Of a DNA stretch of 64,000 bases, positions 58,547 through 64,000 are shown in pieces. The translations under genes and the position numbers were made by a program. The notes below the pieces were generated by a model. The model was not told the DNA's origin, made no database searches, and saw only the letters and a program-made list of their open reading frames with translations. Each line of letters starts with the position of its first letter. Position 1 is the first letter of the stretch. The stretch comes from a virus: the IMG/VR virus record IMGVR_UViG_3300017767_002783, positions 1,249 through 65,248 of that record. The stretch is one strand, 5' to 3'.

Positions 58547-59563
58547 ATGCCTTTTAAATCTGAAAAACAAAGAAGATGGATGCACGCTAACAAACCTAAA
58601 ATGGCTAAAAAGTGGGAAAAAGAGGAGGCTCTAAAGGAAAAGATTCGTGGTATTATTAAACGAGAATTAGAGGCAACAAATTCTTCTGCAATACCAGTTT
58701 ATAAAACACCTATGGCATTTAAAAAATCTACATTTAAGGCAATTGGTATAGATGATGAAGATGATAGTGATGAATTATTAGGTGGGTTAAAGGATGTAAG
58801 AAAGAAAAACTCTAAGAAAGATAAAGAACAAAAAAAAATGAAAGAAATAAAAGACCACGAAGGTAAGATGGCAAAATCACAATTGGAAAGATCTATGAAG
58901 TATTCTAAGATGATTTACAATATGATACAGAATGTCGATAAGGGTAAGGGAGTTGAGTTTCCAGCTTGGGTTCAATCCAAACTAACTAAGGCAGAAGATT
59001 ACTTACAGAGTGTTTTTAATTATTTAGATGGTAAAGACGGATTAGAGGATAAATTTCAAGAGGGTGTAACCATAAAAACAATTGTAGAGGGTGTTAGAGT
59101 AAGAAATGGTGAATCAGCCAAACCAGGTATGTGGGAAGTTTTTGACAACCATTCAGGTAAAAGTATTAAAGTGGTTAAAACAGCATCATCAGCTACAAGG
59201 TTAATGAATAGGTTGATGAATAGTGGTCAGTATAACGAAATTGCAACCAAATGGGTAGGTGAAACAGTAGATGAAGCTATGCCTATGAAGATGAAACCAT
59301 TTAGTTCATCAGAGGCAAGACAACTTGTTAACCAAGACATTAAAAAGATGTCAAAACATTTAGGTAAAGCATCACAACAATCTATTAAACTTATGATGAA
59401 TGGTGTAAAGGGTGGTAAATATACTGCAATGGATATATCAAGAGGTTTAAAAGAAGGACCCGCCGGTAGAACACATTTCGGAGAACTTGGTTTTCTACAA
59501 CAATTGTGGAACAAAGTTCGTGATGGATTTAGAAGATATTCAAAAGAAAAAAAACTCAGTTAG
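58547..59563 (+). CDS. Multi-module hypothetical protein (MPFKSEKQRRWMHANKP...; HEGKMAKSQL...WVQSK)
   Basis: Several short modules separated by xxE junctions. Confidence 0.65.
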   Translation: MPFKSEKQRRWMHANKPKMAKKWEKEEALKEKIRGIIKRELEATNSSAIPVYKTPMAFKKSTFKAIGIDDEDDSDELLGGLKDVRKKNSKKDKEQKKMKEIKDHEGKMAKSQLERSMKYSKMIYNMIQNVDKGKGVEFPAWVQSKLTKAEDYLQSVFNYLDGKDGLEDKFQEGVTIKTIVEGVRVRNGESAKPGMWEVFDNHSGKSIKVVKTASSATRLMNRLMNSGQYNEIATKWVGETVDEAMPMKMKPFSSSEARQLVNQDIKKMSKHLGKASQQSIKLMMNGVKGGKYTAMDISRGLKEGPAGRTHFGELGFLQQLWNKVRDGFRRYSKEKKLS

Positions 59564-59566
59564 TAT

Positions 59567-59575
59567 ATATTTATA
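59567..59575 (+). promoter_or_regulatory. ATATTTATA candidate promoter motif
   Basis: Intergenic, 21 nt before ATG 59597 (AGGAG at 59584-59588). Confidence 0.45.
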
Positions 59576-59596
59576 GTTGATTAAGGAGAATCAAAA

Positions 59597-60262
59597 ATGG
59601 CTAAATTAAAAGATTTAATTAAAGAAAACGCAATGTTAGGTGGAGTCGTATCTAAACCTGCATTCTCAAATCTCAATATGGGATTTAGAACACAAAAAAG
59701 TTCCACAAAACTTACTGATATAGTAGAGGATGTTTACGGACAATCTACTCAAAAAGTAAATGTAAAGGAATTTGTACAAGAAATTGGACAATACAATTCC
59801 TATGGTAATGAGATTTATCGTGAAGGTAATCTTAAAGAATTAGCAAATAAACTTTCTCGTTTAGCAGAAACTGCAAAACAACATACTTTACAAGAAACCG
59901 AAGATTGGTTTGATAAAATCACGGTAAATCGTAATATGAAAGAACTAACTGGTCTCTCTGGTCAATTTAAGAAAGTTGCTACTGAGGCACAGGCATTACA
60001 AGAAAGAATGAGTGGTCTATATGAAGATATGGGACATATTCTTGGTAGATATTATGAAATTAATGAATCTAATCCTACTGATACTAACGAAAGTAATGGA
60101 GTGGAGGCAGACACAGTAAAAGAAGGTTCTTACGAAGATTTCTTTCAGTCAGCAATGAAAAAATTTAATATAAGTTCACCAGATGAACTTGATGATGATG
60201 AAAAAGTAAAATTTTTCAATTATGTAGATAAAAATTATTCTGCAAAATCAGAAACAGACTAA
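59597..60262 (+). CDS. Hypothetical head-associated protein with MAKLKDLIKE leader
   Basis: Coiled-coil middle; C-terminal Y..FF..A.KKF...SP..L...FFNYVDKNY module. Confidence 0.65.
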   Translation: MAKLKDLIKENAMLGGVVSKPAFSNLNMGFRTQKSSTKLTDIVEDVYGQSTQKVNVKEFVQEIGQYNSYGNEIYREGNLKELANKLSRLAETAKQHTLQETEDWFDKITVNRNMKELTGLSGQFKKVATEAQALQERMSGLYEDMGHILGRYYEINESNPTDTNESNGVEADTVKEGSYEDFFQSAMKKFNISSPDELDDDEKVKFFNYVDKNYSAKSETD

Positions 60263-60276
60263 AAAACGGAGGTTAC

Positions 60277-60540
60277 TTGGAAGTAAAAGTAAAAAAGAAT
60301 AATGTAGAGTTCGCTCTTAGGTTATTAAAAAGAAAAATTAAAGATAGTGGTTTAATGGTAGAGTTGAGAGAAAGACAATACTATAAAAAACCATCAGCAA
60401 AAAAGTCAGAACAGAGAAAGTTGGGAAAGGTTCGTAATTGGATTAAACAACACCAAATGAATCCAGATTGGTGTGGAGAACCACCAACAGCAGGACTAAA
60501 AGAAAAAATTAAGAAAGAACGATTACAATACAAAAAATAA
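60277..60540 (+). CDS. rpsU: Phage-encoded ribosomal protein bS21 homologue
   Basis: VKVKKNNVEFALRLLKRKIKDSG...ELRERQYYKKPS; GGAGG SD, TTG start. Confidence 0.85.
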   Translation: MEVKVKKNNVEFALRLLKRKIKDSGLMVELRERQYYKKPSAKKSEQRKLGKVRNWIKQHQMNPDWCGEPPTAGLKEKIKKERLQYKK

Positions 60541-60559
60541 CCGTTTTTCTAAGTTTTAT

Positions 60560-60568
60560 ATATTTATA
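60560..60568 (+). promoter_or_regulatory. ATATTTATA candidate promoter motif for the scaffold-capsid operon
   Basis: Intergenic, 10 nt before the first leader hairpin. Confidence 0.45.
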
Positions 60569-60578
60569 TACACAAGAA

Positions 60579-60676
60579 TATATCGTTCAATCGCATACGA
60601 TATACCGACTAATGTAAACCACATTAAAGTTCCTAATAACTTTATTAATTCCATTCCAAGTTTTTATGCTTGGGAT
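60579..60676 (+). promoter_or_regulatory. Four-hairpin structured 5' leader of the scaffold gene
   Basis: tatatcgt/acgatata (60579-60604), taatgt/acatta (60610-60626), taaagtt/aacttta (60625-60644), attccaag/cttgggat (60653-60676). Confidence 0.4.
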
Positions 60677-60696
60677 AAACTCTTAGGAGAAAAATA

Positions 60697-62058
60697 ATGG
60701 ATGATCTTTTAAAAGACGCAATAGCAGATGCTAAAGCAGTCAGAGAGACCGCACTTGCAAACGCTAAAATAGCTCTTGAAGAAGCATTTACTCCAAGGAT
60801 TCAATCTATGCTTTCAAAGAAGATTCAGTCTGAAATCGAAGATGAGGAAACTCCTCATGATGAAGATGAAATGGCTGGAGAAGAAGTACCTGAAGCACCT
60901 GAAGCACCTGCAGAAGAAGAACCTGAAGTGGCAGTAGAGCCAGAAGTTGGTGAAGAACCATCTGATGAAATAGCTGTAGCTGATGAAGAAGAAGATGCAC
61001 CTCACGATGAAATCGCTGATGCTGATGAAATGGCTATGGACGCCGATGAAATCGCTGATGCTGATGAAGGTGAAGGACACGATGCTGATGAAGGTGAAGA
61101 AGATGTGATTGAAATCAATGGTGTAAAGTACGCCCCAGTAGTATCTGAGGAAGAAGAAGAAGATGCTGACGAAATGTATAAAGAGGAAGAAGAAGTTGAT
61201 GAAGATGAACTCGACCTTGAATCTATTCTTAAAGAACTCGAAGATGAAGCCGATGAAGGTGAAGATGACGATGTTAATGAAGAATATGATGAAAATGCAG
61301 TCGGTGACGGACATGATTCAGACGAAGTTAAAACAGCTGATGAAGCTGAATTAGCCGAGAATGATGTATCTTCCGATATAGGTGCTGGTGATAACAAAGT
61401 CAATGATGAAGCAAATGACTCGTCTAAAACAGGAGCACAAGGTCCTGAAGGTGAAGGAAGTGATTCTGAATCTGGAAAAGAAGATGACAATCTTGAAGTA
61501 GTTGATGACTTAGTTGAAGTAAATGGGCAAAAGTATCGTGCAATTAAAGAAGAAGATGAGGAAGAAGTCAATGAAGAAGATGACAAAGACATCGACCTTG
61601 AAGAAATCTTAAAAGCACTTTCAGAAGGTGATGATGATGTAGATGAAGAAGAAGCAGAAAAGAAAGACGAAGCAATTTCTAAACTCACATCTGAACTTAA
61701 TGAACATCGCAATGTTGTTAAGTATCTTCGTTCAAAATTGAATGAAGTTAATCTACTTAATGCTAAACTCTTGTTTACTAACAAATTATTCCGTGCACAC
61801 GGTTTAAATAACGAACAGAAGTTAAAAGTGGTGGAAACTTTCGATAGAGCTAAAAACCTTAGAGAAGTCAAGTTGGTATTTTCAACTTTGGCAGAATCTT
61901 TTGGTAGCAAAACCGCAAAGCAGTCTAAACCAATTAAAGAGAGTAAAGGTTCAGCCTCTAAAGCAGTAGCTTCAACCAAACCTAAATCATCACCACAAGT
62001 GATTGAAGAAGGATTTGATATGAAGAAACGCTTTCAGAAGTTAGCTAATATTCTGTAA
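60697..62058 (+). CDS. Prohead scaffolding/core protein (gp22-like role)
   Basis: LLKDAIADAKAVRETALANAKIALEEAF N-terminus, long D/E-rich middle, LNEVNLLNAKLLF C-terminal coil; directly upstream of the capsid gene. Confidence 0.8.
   Translation: MDDLLKDAIADAKAVRETALANAKIALEEAFTPRIQSMLSKKIQSEIEDEETPHDEDEMAGEEVPEAPEAPAEEEPEVAVEPEVGEEPSDEIAVADEEEDAPHDEIADADEMAMDADEIADADEGEGHDADEGEEDVIEINGVKYAPVVSEEEEEDADEMYKEEEEVDEDELDLESILKELEDEADEGEDDDVNEEYDENAVGDGHDSDEVKTADEAELAENDVSSDIGAGDNKVNDEANDSSKTGAQGPEGEGSDSESGKEDDNLEVVDDLVEVNGQKYRAIKEEDEEEVNEEDDKDIDLEEILKALSEGDDDVDEEEAEKKDEAISKLTSELNEHRNVVKYLRSKLNEVNLLNAKLLFTNKLFRAHGLNNEQKLKVVETFDRAKNLREVKLVFSTLAESFGSKTAKQSKPIKESKGSASKAVASTKPKSSPQVIEEGFDMKKRFQKLANIL
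61006..61068 (+). repeat. 24-bp direct repeat (DEIADADE x2) inside the scaffold gene
   Basis: gatgaaatcgctgatgctgatgaa at 61006-61029 and 61045-61068. Confidence 0.7.
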
Positions 62059-62097
62059 TAGTAAAGTAATTAATAACAATTTTTTTGGAGAAAAAAA

Positions 62098-63714
62098 ATG
62101 GCAGACAATTTAAGTTCCATCGAAAATTTGATGGAATCATACGATTCTCAGAGAAGCCGTTTGGCAGAGACTCAAAAGTTAGTCAGTAAGTGGGAGCCTA
62201 CTGGACTACTTGAAGGTCTTACCGATACAAACAAACAGCATGGAATGGCTGTTCTTCTTGAAAATCAGGCACGTCAGTTAATTGATGAATCATCAAAGAC
62301 TGGTACTGCTTCGAATTCAGAAGAATGGAGTGGTGTTGCTTTACCATTGGTTCGTAGAATCTTTGGTGAATTAGCAGCTCAAGACTTTGTTAGTGTTCAA
62401 CCTATGAACCTACCAAGTGGTCTTATATTCTATCTTGATTTCAAGTATGGTACAGCCCAAACTGGTAATCATAACAAGAACTCGTTCATTCATGGTAATA
62501 CTTCAGCATCTAACGCAGACGCTAGTGGTGGTTTATATGGAGCAGGTAAATTTGGATATTCAATCAATGACCAAGCAACTGCAACGATAGCACCAACCGT
62601 AGCATCCGCTTCTTGGAAAGAAGTAGAATTTGAACAATCATTATCCGCATCAATTGCAACAACAGCATCTGATCAGATTATTAAAGGTACGGTCGCAAGG
62701 TCTAACTTTACTAACCCTGATGTTGAAGGTGTTCGTTCTTTTGTACTAAGTGGATCTGATATTACAGCAACCTACCCAGCTTATACATATTATGATGATA
62801 CTAATGTATATTTCTATTTTAAGACTGGTGATGGTGAATTAAATAGTGGTGTTGGTATTAAGTACCATTCACAACCAACTGATATCACTCGTGGTGATTT
62901 CGAACAAGATTCATTTACAACACCTGCACCTAACAGTGCTGATGATGTAGATATTCCTGAAATCGATATCGCACTTCGTTCAGTATCTATTGTTGCTAAG
63001 ACTCGTAAGTTAAAAGCAATATGGACTCCTGAACTAGCTCAAGACCTTAACGCTTATCATAGTGTTGATGCAGAAGCTGAATTGACTTCAATGTTAAGTG
63101 AGTACATCTCAATGGAAATTGATTTGGAAATCCTTGATATGTTGAAGCAAAACGCAAATGCAAAACACGAATATTGGTCAGCTAAAGTTGGATTTGAGTT
63201 TGATTCAGTAAGCAATGTCTTTAGTGAAGTTAGTGGTAACTCTAACGCTTACACTAAAGGTGAGTGGTTCCAGACTCTTGGTAACAAGATGCAGTCTGTT
63301 TCCAACGCAATCCATCAGAAAACTCTACGTGGTGGAGCTAATTTCATAGTGATTTCACCTGAAACAGCTACAATCATAGAGAGTATTCCTGGATACGCCG
63401 CTGATACCGATGGTGACGCGACTAATAACTCATATGCAATGGGTGTACAAAAAGTAGGTGCATTGAATAACAGATATACGGTTTATAAGAACCCTTATAT
63501 GTTAGAAAACGATGTCCTTATGGGTTTCAGAGGAAGTAACTTCCTTGAAACTGGAGCTGTATACGCACCATATGTACCATTAATCATGACTCCTCTTGTT
63601 TACGATCCTGTTAACTTTACACCAAGAAAAGGTGTGATGACAAGATACGCTAAGAAGATGGTAAGACCTGAATTCTATGGTAAAGTAATCGTCGCTGATA
63701 CACAATTTGTTTAA
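62098..63714 (+). CDS. gp23: Major capsid protein (T4 gp23-like)
   Basis: LPLVRR.FG.L.AQDFVSVQPMNLPSGLIFYLDF, AKTRKLKAIWTPELAQDL, YAPYVPL, PRKGVMTRYA. Confidence 0.95.
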   Translation: MADNLSSIENLMESYDSQRSRLAETQKLVSKWEPTGLLEGLTDTNKQHGMAVLLENQARQLIDESSKTGTASNSEEWSGVALPLVRRIFGELAAQDFVSVQPMNLPSGLIFYLDFKYGTAQTGNHNKNSFIHGNTSASNADASGGLYGAGKFGYSINDQATATIAPTVASASWKEVEFEQSLSASIATTASDQIIKGTVARSNFTNPDVEGVRSFVLSGSDITATYPAYTYYDDTNVYFYFKTGDGELNSGVGIKYHSQPTDITRGDFEQDSFTTPAPNSADDVDIPEIDIALRSVSIVAKTRKLKAIWTPELAQDLNAYHSVDAEAELTSMLSEYISMEIDLEILDMLKQNANAKHEYWSAKVGFEFDSVSNVFSEVSGNSNAYTKGEWFQTLGNKMQSVSNAIHQKTLRGGANFIVISPETATIIESIPGYAADTDGDATNNSYAMGVQKVGALNNRYTVYKNPYMLENDVLMGFRGSNFLETGAVYAPYVPLIMTPLVYDPVNFTPRKGVMTRYAKKMVRPEFYGKVIVADTQFV

Positions 63715-63740
63715 ATTGTAATTAATCAGTAGATCATATA

Positions 63741-63771
63741 AAAGAGGGGAGATTTATTTCTCCCCTTTTTT
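63741..63771 (+). terminator. Rho-independent terminator after the major capsid gene
   Basis: aggggaga/tctcccct 8-bp stem (63745-63766), 6-nt loop, T-tract. Confidence 0.8.
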
Positions 63772-63780
63772 ATTGCCGTT

Positions 63781-63789
63781 ATATTTATA
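63781..63789 (+). promoter_or_regulatory. ATATTTATA candidate promoter motif
   Basis: Immediately after the terminator, 31 nt before ATG 63821. Confidence 0.5.
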
Positions 63790-63820
63790 GATGACAAAGA
63801 ATATCCTTTAGGAGAATAAT

Positions 63821-64000
63821 ATGGAAGCTATATGGCCAGGAAGTGGTTCAGCAGTTAGTGGAAATACACCATTTGCACTATACGACAACGACACAACATT
63901 TCAATCAGATTCACCAAAATTTGCTAATTGGTGTGCAAAGAGACTTGGTTATCCAATTATGGCAATTGAATTACAAGATTCTCAATTTTATGCTTGTTTT
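63821..64000 (+). CDS. Neck/head-tail adaptor-like protein (gp13-like), 3'-truncated by the window
   Basis: AGGAG at 63810-63814; MEAIWPGSGS...KRLGYPIMAIELQDSQFYACF; RLGYP...EL pattern and position after the capsid gene. Confidence 0.6.
   Translation, partial: MEAIWPGSGSAVSGNTPFALYDNDTTFQSDSPKFANWCAKRLGYPIMAIELQDSQFYACF

Noticed and set aside
2407-59514. Many short minus-strand and nested plus-strand ORFs in the track (e.g. 28659-29069, 47099-47476, 55380-55748)
   Set aside because: All overlap well-supported + strand genes and carry no recognisable motifs
60806-61979. Long minus-strand ORFs (61002-61979, 60814-61314)
   Set aside because: Ser- or Phe/Ile-rich shadows of the GAA/GAT-rich scaffold gene; no SD or motifs
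48119-63714. Inteins or group I introns in terminase, portal or capsid
   Set aside because: Lengths and motif spacing are normal; no C/S...HN splice motifs or interrupted frames seen
1-64000. Genome-wide stop-codon reassignment (TAG or TGA)
   Set aside because: Code 11 gives dense, full-length genes, and both TGA (ATGA overlaps) and TAG end genes cleanly; only the single UGA at 55886 is anomalous
1-64000. tRNA genes, rRNA or CRISPR arrays
   Set aside because: Intergenic gaps are too short and show no cloverleaf, T-loop or regularly spaced repeat pattern

Overview
A 64 kb, AT-rich, densely packed segment of a large T4-like (huge/jumbo-type) dsDNA phage genome. Every credible gene is on the + strand, the standard genetic code fits, and many genes are coupled by ATGA, TAATG or TAGTG overlaps. 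Three blocks are visible. (1) 1-37954 is a ~38 kb glycan biosynthesis and decoration island. It has a nucleotide-deoxysugar pathway (Gmd-like dehydratase, RmlC, two SDR epimerase/reductases, a ColD-type His-for-Lys PLP dehydrase, a UDP-Glc/GDP-Man dehydrogenase), ThDP enzymes (ALS/YerE-like, split E1 alpha/beta), PanB, a B12-radical SAM fusion, carbamoyl-, sulfo- and methyltransferases, 2OG oxygenases, two NodZ-like transferases, nine paralogues of a 'TEK...F(I/F)DESYD' transferase-like family and eight SGNH-like paralogues. (2) 38021-48119 holds accessory genes, many starting with an MIKLxxLLxE-type leader: a P-loop kinase, a ferredoxin, a CCA-adding enzyme with HD domain, a cytidyltransferase-like fusion and an apparently split, order-permuted ligase-like domain. 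(3) 48119-64000 is a T4-like head module (large terminase, portal, prohead protease, scaffold, major capsid, start of a neck gene) interleaved with modular LxE-punctuated proteins and a phage bS21 gene. Non-coding signals: a recurring ATA(T/C)TTATA upstream motif, two structured 5' leaders, a terminator after the capsid gene, and an in-frame UGA followed by a SECIS-like hairpin. All calls come from reading motifs by eye; no database searches were run.
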